Source: Octopus bimaculoides | Lineage: Eukaryota | DNA length: 64,000 bases | NCBI RefSeq assembly: GCF_001194135.2 | Contig: NC_068985.1 | Location: 2,362,624 to 2,426,623 of the forward strand | Direction of reading: 5' to 3' | Part shown: one piece after another, positions 13,375-24,105 of the stretch | Position numbering within the stretch: position 1 is the stretch's first letter | Layout: each line of letters starts with the position of its first letter | Position numbers and translations under genes: made by a program | The notes under the pieces: model-generated | Seen by the model: the letters and a program-made list of their open reading frames with translations, nothing else | Databases searched by the model: none | What the model was told of the DNA's origin: nothing

Positions 13375-13634
13375 ATATTCATTGCAGCTGACCTTACCAA
13401 CCGGTTGTGCCTTGGTCTTCAACGGAGGGCTAGGTAACAGCCCGATCATGCAATCCTTCGTTCTTCAGAGGTAACCATTATGGAATGAAATGTGGCGACT
13501 GCTCTCTATTGCTGGAGGTGAATAGACACAACAGCTACCTCTGAAGAGTGCAGGGTTATGTAATCGGGTTGTTACCTAACACTCCATTGAACCCTAATGC
13601 GAAACCAATTAGTAAGATCAGCCGTAATGCATAT
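13375..13634. mobile_element. Old fold-back/MITE-like element, ~100 bp degenerate inverted arms
   Basis: ATATTCATTGCAGCTGACC vs the reverse complement ATATGCATTACGGCTGATC; CTAGGTAACAGCCCGAT vs TTAGGTAACAACCCGAT; CTTCAGAGGTA vs TACCTCTGAAG. Confidence 0.7.
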
Positions 13635-14029
13635 ATAATACTGTACAATTCGATTAATATATCTACTTCACGAGTGTATGTTTTCCTCACTTATGGAGTC
13701 TTGGACGGTTTACACACACACACATACACACACTCACACGCACACACACACACGCAAGCACACAGATGTATATGTATACATATATTTTTTATACGTAATT
13801 AGTATAATGTCATTATTTAATGATTTATCAGTGGCCAGCATACTAAAAATACCATAATGGTTAATTCATATCAAAATTAAAATAAGGGTGTTGAATGATA
13901 ACAACGCCAGTCTGCTAGAAATAGACCCCAAATTTTAAATATATAAATACATAAATATATAAAACTATAACATATATGTATTTATTTATTTATTACTGGT
14001 GAAGGCCAGTGTATGTGCGTGTATATATA

Positions 14030-14259
14030 TTTCTTTTTTGCCCACAAGGGGCTAAACATAGAAAGGACAAACAAGGACAGACAAAGGGATTAAGTCGATT
14101 ACATCGAACCCAGTGCGTAACTGGTACTTATTTAATCGACCCCGAAAGGATGGAAGGGGAAGTTGACCTCGGCAGAATTTGAACTCAGAACGTAACGGCA
14201 GACGAAATGCCGCGAGGCATTTCGCCCGGCGTGCTAACGATTCTGCCAGCTCGCCGCCC
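14030..14259 (-). mobile_element. tRNA-derived SINE family B, well-preserved copy
   Basis: Minus strand GGCGGCGAGCTGGCAGAATCGTTAGC...TTCTGAGTTCAAATTCTGCC (B box)...TGTGGGCAAAAAAGAA tail. Confidence 0.88.
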
Positions 14260-14308
14260 TATGCGTGTATATACACGCACGCACACACACACGTGTATAT
14301 ATATATAT

Positions 14309-14588
14309 CACCCAGATCTCGCCCCTTCTGACCATCATCATATCTTTGGACCGCTCAAAGGTTTACGAGGTTGTCAATGTCCTACAGATAAAGATGTGAA
14401 GGAAGCGGTGCATAAATGGTTGCACGACCAACCGAAAACCTTCTTCTTGGAGGCTTGTGGACCGCTGGACCAAGTGCATCAAAGAGGAAGGAGACTATAT
14501 AGAAAGACAGCATACTTGATTATCCCCGGCTTTTGTGTAAATTCATTGCAAAAACAAGAATGCGTATAATTTTTGACTCTCACTCGTA
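14309..14588 (+). mobile_element. 3' end of a second, different mariner family
   Basis: HPDLAPSDHHHIFGPLK...DVKEAVHKWLHDQPKTFF, then RWTKCIKEEGDYIE in a shifted frame. Right TIR TGCGTATAATTTTTGACTCTCACTCG followed by TA. Confidence 0.85.
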
Positions 14589-14743
14589 GCTTTTCGTCAC
14601 TTGAGGTCTTTTGCCAAGAATGACCTTAAAAACATTAACCTTAACCTAGGGACAAACACTGATGAAAAAAGAAATTATTGACCAGAAGAGACAAAAGTTG
14701 CTAACCGACTAAAGACATGCGAGTAATCTTGGTGAAGGTTCGA

Positions 14744-15056
14744 GGCTTACTGTTTACGGTATTCAGCACACAATTGCAAGGTCGTGAGTTGGATTCCTAG
14801 CAGTGCGTTGTGTCCTTGAGCAAGACACTTTACTTCATGTTGTTCCACTTCACTCAGCAGGCAAAAATGAGTTGTATCTGCATTTCAAAGGGGCCATTCT
14901 TATCACATTCTGTGTCCTGTTGATTCTCCCTGAGTACTATGTTAAGAGTATGCGTATCTGTGGAGTGCTCAGCCACTTGCACATTCATTTCACAAGCAGG
15001 TTGTTCCGGTGATCTGATCAACTGGAGCCCTCATCGTCGTAACCGACGGAGGGCCA
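14744..15056 (+). mobile_element. tRNA-derived SINE with a Meta/CORE-like central block
   Basis: B-box-like GAGTTGGATTCC followed by GTGTCCTTGAGCAAGACACTTTACTTC. Related minus-strand pieces lie at 55170-55640. Confidence 0.7.
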
Positions 15057-15985
15057 GTTTGTGAGTAATTTCAGTCACTTGGCATTGAAACAACGGACCT
15101 TGTTTGCAATGTTATCGTTCTGTTGCGATGTGATTTGGTTGGAATGGTGTGGAGCTGCTAAACGAAGATATATTTCGTTGACTGTGAATAATAACTGAAG
15201 CACACTTGCGAACATTTAACTGAAATATTTATTGCCGAACATAAAGATATTTGGTGTTGGCTCTTCACAATGTGCAACACTAATAATTGTTGAATGGGTG
15301 AGAGAGAGAGAGAAACCGCGTTGCATCTGTGGAAGTTACTTACGAGACATTGTGTGAATGTTCAGAATGGATCTGTCTGAGAACCTGGGGTTGTCTGCAC
15401 AAATGTCTAAAACTGTTCGTATGGCAAGAGAAGAGGGGCACCAAATAGTCAACCACTTTCAACATTCTGCAATTAATTGAGCACCTAAAACGGTTTTTAT
15501 CGGAGACAATAGAACATTCGAGAAGACTATATTACGCCACAGCCTCATGCTGATTGGTTAATTAATAAACCGATCACGTGAACCAATGTTGGTTTGTTTT
15601 TTGTTTTTTTTTTTCGTAGTGTCTGGCCGGTTATCCAGTAGTTAGGTTTCGAATCATTGTTATAGTCCTATTCTAGCATACAGGAAATTTGTTTTTAGCC
15701 CATGAAGCTTATGTGGAGTTAGAAGAAAACCTACAGAATGAATGGCAGATTTTACAGAAAGAAATAAAGCCCGAGTGAATTCAAATACCTCGTCTACACT
15801 AACACAACACTCCTAAAGACGTGTGTGTATGTACGCTCGTTTTTTATAACAACTTATCGCCCTCTATTAAACTACAAGTAACCTTATGCTTTATACAACA
15901 TATGTCCCTTCTCGTCCTCTCCTTCTCTAACCTCACTGTGTCTCAGTTCTCAAATCTCACGGATGCTGGAAAAAGCCCGTCGTAT

Positions 15986-16765
15986 AGGGCTTTCCTATAA
16001 GTAGGTTATCTCCCTTGGCTAGGCGGCGCTCCATGTAGATAATTAAACTTCCGGAGGCTAACCCACGCCATTGTTATTGTTTTACGTCTTATCATGGATA
16101 TAAAGCAGCTTGATGATTCAGCTATCGAAGTACTTACTGTGCCTGAGTTAAAGAAATATTTATTATATGGACAGTATGTTACTGGAAGAAAGGCGGACTT
16201 GACTGAAAGGTTGAAAGGAATAAAAATTTTGTCGATGAAGAATGTCAACAAAGTAAATTCATCGGACGATAAGTCTGAAGTATGGGACGATACTTCAGAC
16301 AGGAATAAGCAGAAGCTTATATCNNNNNNNNNNNNNNNNNNNNNNNNNNNNNNNNNNNNNNNNNNNNNNNNNNNNNNNNNNNNNNNNNNNNNNNNNNNNN
16401 NNNNNNNNNNNNNNNNNNNNNNNNNNNNNNNNNNNNNNNNNNNNNNNNNNNNNNNNNNNNNNNNNNNNNNNNNNNNNNNNNNNNNNNNNNNNNNNNNNNN
16501 NNNNNNNNNNNNNNNNNNNNNNNNNNNNNNNNNNNNNNNNNNNNNNNNNNNNNNNNNNNNNNNNNNNNNNNNNNNNNNNNNNNNNNNNNNNNNNNNNNNA
16601 CCCCCCCAAAAAAATCCTGACCACAGAGTGTGGGTAATTATGTCAAATGTCACTGGCAATGTGCATTCAGCTGATTGCAACTGTTAAAGCAAGTCACTGA
16701 GCATGCGTACATGTCATACGGGAGAGTTCCAATCAGGGGTGGATAACACCTTATAGGAAAGCCCT
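15986..16765 (+). mobile_element. Non-autonomous TIR DNA transposon carrying a SAP + SWIM-like ORF (ISL2EU/PHIS-like by inference)
   Basis: 16 bp perfect TIR AGGGCTTTCCTATAAG at 15986 and its reverse complement ending at 16765, imperfect to ~25 bp. Flanks TATA|GGG ... CCC|TATA are compatible with an AT, TA or TATA duplication. Confidence 0.8.
16094..16687 (+). CDS. SAP-domain protein fragment ending in the N-terminal half of a SWIM-type Zn finger; centre unsequenced (N 16324-16599)
   Basis: LTVPELKKYL..YGQYVTGRKADLTERL is a SAP signature. HRVWVIMSNVTGNVHSADCNC matches the WVxxxxxGxVxxAHCxC lead-in of transposon-associated SWIM fingers. Same frame on both sides of the gap. Confidence 0.65.
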   Translation: MDIKQLDDSAIEVLTVPELKKYLLYGQYVTGRKADLTERLKGIKILSMKNVNKVNSSDDKSEVWDDTSDRNKQKLIXXXXXXXXXXXXXXXXXXXXXXXXXXXXXXXXXXXXXXXXXXXXXXXXXXXXXXXXXXXXXXXXXXXXXXXXXXXXXXXXXXXXXXXXXXXXXPPQKNPDHRVWVIMSNVTGNVHSADCNC

Positions 16766-17224
16766 ATATGTATACACGCGTGTGTGCGCGAGTGCGTGTT
16801 CGTGTGAATATTTAGAAAGCTACGCAGAGCAACGCGTATGGATGAAGTAACTTTTTGCAACCCACCTATGGATAGTGATATTATTAATTTGGTTAGGCTG
16901 CAACCGGTAAAGTTTGTCGATGTTTCCTGTCAACTAAATCGACCATATACTTCCGTACTTTTGAATTTGTTTGAAATAAAAAATTCCTTACATAAAAGAG
17001 ATAAGCGTTGAGACAGGAAAAGAATCTGGCCATAAAAATCCCAGCCCATGAATTTACTCTCGTCGAAGTCGTTAAACAAAACAAACGAAGGAAAAGTGTA
17101 TATGCTTGCTTTCCAGCTCGTAGAGAATCATCGAATGCAAACATGTCTTGGCAAAAACTTTCAGCCCTTGGTTTAGTAAATAATCATTGCTCATTATCAT
17201 CAAAATATTGATTTCAAATTTAGA

Positions 17225-17395
17225 AGGGGCTAAGTCGATTACATCGACCCCAGTGTTCAACAGATACCTATTTTATTGACTCCCGAAAGGATGAAAATCG
17301 AAATCTACCCCGGCAGAATTTGAACTCAGAACATAAGGACAGACGAAAGGCCGCTAAGAATTTTACCCGGCATGCAAAAGATTCTGCCATCTTAC
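17225..17395 (-). mobile_element. SINE family B, diverged copy
   Basis: TAAGTCGATTACATCGACCCCAG...CCCGAAAGGATGAAA...GAATTTGAACTCAGAAC. Confidence 0.8.
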
Positions 17396-18068
17396 TACGC
17401 TGAGCTGTTTTTGTGAGCCATTTGTACACCTCGACTGGATAACACTACGTAATCCTTGCATATACCCGACGTTGTTTCAATATAGATGCAATGTCTTTGG
17501 TTACCTCAAGAAATATGAAGCATAAACGACAACAAATATGCAAATAGTATCTTCACCAAAGGGGTGGGGAATAGAAGACGAAAAATGTTATAAAAACAAA
17601 CATAGGAACAGAATATGTTTACTATGAAGAATATTTAATATTTGTTGGGGTTATTTTGCTGCACACTGAAGGATACACCGCCATCAAAACAATCCTTGTA
17701 ACATTTAAAACATCAGGCAGAATGACGACAGTTACACTGCTTATGTAATGCTTTTTGTGTTCTGTGTTTTGCTTCAAAGAAGACTACAGTTTAAATATTC
17801 TTCGCATCAAATCTTCTCAGTCTAGCGTTCTAGACAAACATTCAAAATCGTTTTCTGTGCTGGTGATTCAATTAGAAGAACAATATAAGGTAAGAAAATT
17901 TATTATTTCCTTCCTCAAGAAATTATATTGTGGTTCAACCTTCTTGAAACAATATCTTTAATATCATTTCCCTGTTGGAAAAAAACTGCTGCCGATAGGA
18001 TAGCATCTATATCATTGACTAATCCATTAAAAATAATACACGTGTCATTGTTAATATACATCGTTTGT

Positions 18069-18270
18069 GAAGGCGATGAACAGGCAGAATCACGGGGAAA
18101 ATACTTTTGTGGCGCTGCGTCCGTATTTACGTCCTGAGTTCAAATTCCGTCAAAGTTGATTTGTCTTTCATTCTTTCGGGGTTGATAAAATAAGTACCGA
18201 TTAATTACTAGTAATCGACTTGGCCTCTTCCTCGAAATTACTGGTGTTGTGCCTAAATTTGAAACTAATA
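18069..18270 (+). mobile_element. SINE family B variant, diverged
   Basis: CCTGAGTTCAAATTCC...TTCATTCTTTCGGGGTTGATAAAATAAGTACC...GTGCCTAAATTTGAAAC. Confidence 0.7.
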
Positions 18271-19400
18271 TACATCCTTTCTCAAAAAAAAGGAAGGTAA
18301 CATTGTATGATGTAATCTTAGATACTCAATGAGATGTTGAATGCTAGTCTGACTTTGACCGTTGGTCTCCTCGTAATAGGACAAGCAAAACATTTGGTTT
18401 TATATTTTACAATACATTAAAACGAATAGGAAGTGTTAAAATGTTCTGCTTGTATGTAGTTTGGTCACGTCTTTAACTGACTAATTTTGATCATTCTATG
18501 AATTTATAACATGACAGGAATGTAACTGAATATCATTTGTTAAAAGATTGTTTTTAATTAATGACTTTGAAAAATCCTGAACTAACATCTTCAAAGAAGC
18601 CATCATTTTTGTTCAAACTTATCTTCTTTCAGTCAACCAATTCTATTGAATCTACAGGGCCAGACACAAAAGTTATGTTTTATTGTCTTTTGCAATTCTT
18701 AATGAAGTTAGATCTTTTAGACTTTATCATCATTAAGAATTGTTTGGAAATTTCTTAACAAACACATCTGACAATCTTGCTGCTTCACTTCTTTTGTTGA
18801 TAACCTCACCACAATATACTCTGTGACCTGAAAAAAAGGACTTATTTTAGTTTCATTGCTTTTGTAGCGGTGGTTCGAAACCGAACTGCTAGTTAGCCAG
18901 TCAGACATCACGACCAAATCACAATAGTTTCATTAAGCCACAAATCAGTATCAAGCCATCATGCGATTCGATTTCCTAGAACATTTTCCTTGTGCCCTAT
19001 AAAAAAACACTTTTGGCAGAGCATTGAGACCAGCCGACTCATTCACACGTCTCACCTTTTGCCTGGCAGCATGTGGATAAAGTAATTGATCTACGAGTAA
19101 AACGGTTATAAAATAGCTACACTTTGGGTTACTCCATTGTTTACTTGCAGAATGAAGCTGATCAAGAATGGCCATAACTGTCCTGTCTTTTTATGGAGGA
19201 GTCGTGTATCTAGAACTATGTCATCTACATTAACTTGCGTGTGCTTTCCTTTTAAAAGACAGTGGAATGTGATTTGAAAAGGATTTTAATGCTGTTTCCC
19301 TTTTGGTGGGGTTATAATGTCTAACAAGAATAAGCATTTAATTATAGCAGTGAGGATATGCATGCATGTATGGATGGATGTGTGTGTGTGTATTTATGTA

Positions 19401-22400
19401 ATGTAAAGTAAAATCCGGGCTGCAGGTATTACCCTACCTAAAAGACTGAATGTTGCTCGTCTTAGGTGTAATAGTGTGAAGAGACGTTTACGAGAGGAAA
19501 TGAATGTTGCGGGTATTGGGGAGGATTGGCCGACCCTTAAAAAGTCAGTTTATGATATAGGCAAGAAATTTCTGGGATTGATACAAAGAAAGCAATTTTA
19601 AAGAAATGGTTTAAAGAAAATGATGAACATATAGATGACTTATTGGCTGATAAAAACGTACTATGTCACACTATTTATCAGCATAGGGAACTCAAGGATG
19701 TGAAATCACGTGTGAGGCGGAGGCTCTCTCAAATGAGGGATACGTGGTGGAGTAAGAAGGCTGATGAGATACAGGCGGCGTNNNNNNNNNNGTGGTGGAG
19801 TAAGAAGGCTGATGAGATACAGGCGGCGTCGGATTCCAATAACACAAAGCTGTTGTATGGTCTCTTGCAAGAAGTTTATGGACCGACTTCTTTTCTGATG
19901 ACACCACTTCGAAGCAGGGATGGTAAAGAACTTCTTCGTGATTCACAAGGAATTCTGCGAAGGTGGCAAGAACACTTTGATGAACTTTTGAATCAGCAGT
20001 TTGTAGTNNNNNNNNNNTGATTCACAAGGAATTCTGCGAAGGTGGCAAGAACACTTTGATGAACTTTTGAATCAGCAGTTTGTAGTTAGTGAGGATGTTC
20101 TCAATCTCATCCCTGAATTACCTGTGAAGGCGGCTCTCACAGAACCACCAAATCTGGAAGAAGTTGCAGTGGCTGTCTCAAGGATGAATAATGGGAGGTC
20201 TCCGGGTATGGATGGCATACATGCGGAGTTGTTATAGCACTGTGGTGAGAAACTTCTGCAGCAACTTCACTCTTTGTTTGGCAGGATATGGGCTAGTGAA
20301 TCTGAGGACTGGAGAGATACAGTAATGGTGGTCTTATATAAGGGAAAAGGCAACAGGAATAATTGTGGTAACTATAGGGGAATATCATTGCTTTCTTATT
20401 TCTTTTTTTAGTTCTTTATTGCCCACAAGGGGCTAAACATAGGGGGGACAAACAAGGACAGACAAAAGGATCAAGTCGATTACATCGACCCCAGTGCATA
20501 ACTGGTACTTAATTTATTGACCCCGAAAGGATGAGAGGTAAAGTCGACTTCGGCAGAATTTGAACTCAGAACGTAACAGCTAACGTTTCTGCCAGCTCGC
20601 CGCCTTAAAAATATCATTGCTTTCTGCCGTGGGAAAGGTTTTATGCAGGGTACTTCTGGATCGTCTGCTGAAACACGTTGCAGATTGTGTTCTTCCAGAA
20701 AGTCAATCTGGTTTTCGTGTGGGACGTGGCACTGCTGATGTGATCTTCTCAGCTAGACAGCTTCAGGAAAAGTGTGTGGAACAGGGTTTCGATTTATATC
20801 AGGTTTTTGTCGATCTGACAAAGGCCTTCGATACAGTTAATAGAAAAGCACTATGGAAAGACCTCCAGAAACTTGGTTGTCCTGAAAAGTTCCTTGCTTT
20901 GGTTAGGTCTTTTTATGAAGACATGAAGGGTAGGGTTAATGTTAGAGGTAAAATGTCGGAGCCTATCTCAGTACAAAATGGAGTGAAACAGGGGGATATT
21001 CTGGCACCGACCCTATTTGCCATATATTTTGTGATGGTTTTCTGTATTGTGTTCAAAAACTGCAGATATCCATTATCGAACCTCTGGCAGCATATTTAAT
21101 ATCATCAGAGACCTTTTGTATGCAGATGATTGTGCTCTAGCAGTGCACACAGAGATTAATATGCAACACATTTTGAATGCATTCTCTGATGCTTGCACTA
21201 CCTTAGGATTGACAGTCAGTCTCAAGAAAACGGTTGTCATGTACCAACCCTCCCCTGGTAAGCAGCCTAGTGAACCAAATATCTATGTATAAGGTAAACG
21301 ACTTGGTGTAGTCGATCAGTTTGTCTACCTGGGAAGTACTGTTAATATATATATAGCAATTTGGATAAGAAATTCCATACAGAATTAGGAAAGCAAGTGA
21401 TGGTTTCGGAAGGCTAGAAAGGCGCCTCTTGAGTCGCCGAGACATATGCAGGAAGACAAAGATAAAGGTGTACAAGGCATGTGTACTCTCTTCTCTTCTT
21501 TATGCCTGCGAGATCTGGGTCACGTATCGATACCACCTTAAACAACTGGAACGTTTCCATCAGATGTGTCTCAGACAGACTATGGCATTAAGTGGGAAGA
21601 CCGCATCAGTGATCTTGAGATGTTGGAAAGCTCTTGGTGTGAAAGTATCGAAGCTCTTGTGTTGAAGCAAAGGCTCAGATGGAGTGGTCATCTGGTCAGG
21701 ATGAAAGATTCAAGGATGCCAAAACAACTCTTTTATGAAGAGTTAGCTAAAGGAGAACGACCTCCACATAAGCCAAAAATGAGATATAGACTTGCTGAAG
21801 GCTTCCTTAAGAGATGCTAGCATCTCTCCTGACACATGGGAGGGCATAGCTATTGACCGTAGCAGGTGGAGAAGGATTGTGCATGAGGGGACAGNNNNNN
21901 NNNNCACATGGGAGGGCATAGCTATTGACCGTAGCAGGTGGAGAAGGATTGTGCATGAGGGGACAGCTACTTCTGAGAAATCTCGAGTTACATATGAGAA
22001 AGTAAGGAGGGATGTCGGGAAGGGCATTGCTGTTGCACTTCCAGATGGTAAGGGTCTTCCTATGACGCTGACATGGAGTGTCTGTGCAAGACCCTGCCTC
22101 AGTAAAGCTGGACTCAGGAGTCATCTTCGTAGTCATAAAGCGAGACTGGTGATTAACAACCAGGCCGATGGTGGTGGTGCTACACACCATACTAATCATA
22201 TCTGTCAGACATGTGGAAGGGAGTGTAATTCAGCAAGAGGACTTAAACAACATGCAAAGGTACATGAAGCCCAGTTACAACTACAGCCGGCTATTGCCGG
22301 TAAAGGATTTAGCTGCCATTTCTGTACAAGACGTTGTAGATCTTTAGCTGTGCTAAAAAGTCACGTTCGATCACAGCACTGTTAATAGTTTAGCCTCATG

Positions 22401-22470
22401 CAATGGTCATACTCGATAACGAGGGGCAGCCATCATGTATGTATGCATGTATGTATGTATGTACGTATGT
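19401..22470 (+). mobile_element. 5'-truncated RTE-clade LINE (RT + three C-terminal C2H2 Zn fingers), inactivated, with (ATGT)n tail
   Basis: GNYRGISLLSAVGKVL, LPESQSGFRVGRGTADVIFSARQLQEKC, FVDLTKAFDTVNR, GVKQGDILAPTLF, RDLLYADD (21119-21130) and RLRWSGHLVRM. Fingers at 22074-22136, 22203-22265 and 22314-22379; stop 22383-22385. Internal stops and frameshifts. Confidence 0.95.
20397..20609 (-). mobile_element. SINE family B inserted into the RTE, with 16-bp TSD
   Basis: AATATCATTGCTTTCT at 20381-20396 and 20610-20625; the insertion splits the GISLLS codons. Confidence 0.93.
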
Positions 22471-23937
22471 ATGTATGTATGTATGTCTCTTCTATTTTTT
22501 TTATTATTATAATTTTTCCACTGAGGAGGGAGCCAGTTTCCAATATAGACACAAGGCTCCATTTTTGGGATGTTGTTAATGCAGACAAATTCACAATTGG
22601 AACTTGAGAAAAGTCTTGCATATTTTTACTGTTCCGCTCACAGATTGGACTTGTAATGTATGAATTAACCAGTTGATTTCTCTTTCTGAAAATCCCAGTT
22701 AATCCAGATTCTCCTTTAAACATTTACTAACAAAACCTAATGCTCCAATTATTATTGGTATGAATATGAATTCATAGTCTGAATAAAGAAGCTGGAGGTT
22801 TCGAACCAGTTGTCCATAGATATCTTCTTTCTCTTTGGATTTTCAATGAGATATTTATATCTTCAGGGCAGCTAACCTCTATGACGGTACATAACATTGC
22901 CCCTAATATGTATGTAAGTATGTATGTATGTATGCATGCATGCATGGACGAACGGACGGACTGATGCATATATGCATCTAGCTACGCTTGTGTGTATGTA
23001 TGTTCATATGCTTGTGTTTTACAAATTTCTCTCTGATACAGAGAAATCCTATTCCTAACACAGAAACGAGACTCTGATATGTATGTATAATATATGTGTA
23101 TGTATAAATATCAGTGTGTATGTGAATAACATATACATGCTGGTATGAATGCTTGTATATGTTTGCATATGTACAGCAAAACAATCCATTGCGAGAAGGT
23201 AAAGAGATGGACACAGATCTTATCCGGAGTGCGTAGTTGTTTTGTCATTTTTCAACAAAGCAATTTAACAGTGCTCACACAAAATTAAAACTAAAGCAAT
23301 GACAACGTGTGTGTGTGTGTGTGTGTGCGAGAGCAATGACAACGTGTGTGTGTGTGTGTGTGTGTGTAATTTTTTATGTGTGTACTTCAGTGTGGAATTG
23401 CAAATAAATAAAAGAAAAGGCACAGACACCAAGTGAAATGATGAAAACACTGAACAGCATTTTCTCTTCGTCAACTGTTCCTGAAAACCGTAACGATTTC
23501 AGCATGTTTAACAACAACAGGATTGCTCAATGCAGTGTGCTGGTAGATGTATAACGGAGGACGACACGAGGGAATACAGGATGATATAGAAAAAATTAGG
23601 TTACGGGAAAGAATGACAAGCACGCCAAAATACTGGGAAATTTACGAGAAATGAGCTGCAGTAACTATTTTAAAACTGTTGTCTTAAAAAGTTGCAAAAA
23701 TAATTTTTATGGCTGAGATAGACAGAGCGCAAAATAACAAAAGAAAATTAAATAGAGAATATCTTTCGATTGGAGGGAAAAAACAAACCATAATTATTAT
23801 TAGTACAGGTAATGGTAAGAGAAAGAAATGAATAACAGATTGTTGGATTGAAGTCCTTGAACAAAGAGAGAGGTATAACAAAAACGATATGACTTGTAGC
23901 TAATCCAAGTTTAGAAAGAACGAATCAGGTATAAGTA

Positions 23938-24105
23938 CAGGGCCGGTCCTAAGGTTTGCTGGCGCCCCGGACAAGCTGAACTTCGGCGTGTACAAGTTGA
24001 CGGTCGTGGAAATGTCCTTGTCTTTGTCATGCCCTCCTGTGGCGCCTCCTAAGACATGGTGCCCCGTGTGACTGCCCTTGTTGTCGGTACTTTGAGCTGG
24101 CTTTG
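23938..24105. mobile_element. hAT-type MITE (168 bp)
   Basis: Left TIR CAGGGCCGGTCCTAA and degenerate right end TTTGAGCTGGCTTTG. The 8-bp TSD is TATAAGTA / CATAAGTA (7/8). Internal GGCGCC/GGTGCCCC motifs. Confidence 0.7.

Noticed and set aside
19743-21960. Apparent 40-60 bp direct duplications inside the RTE (around 19782, 20008 and 21895)
   Set aside because: Each pair is separated by exactly 10 N and is identical, the signature of unmerged overlapping contig ends. Not biological.
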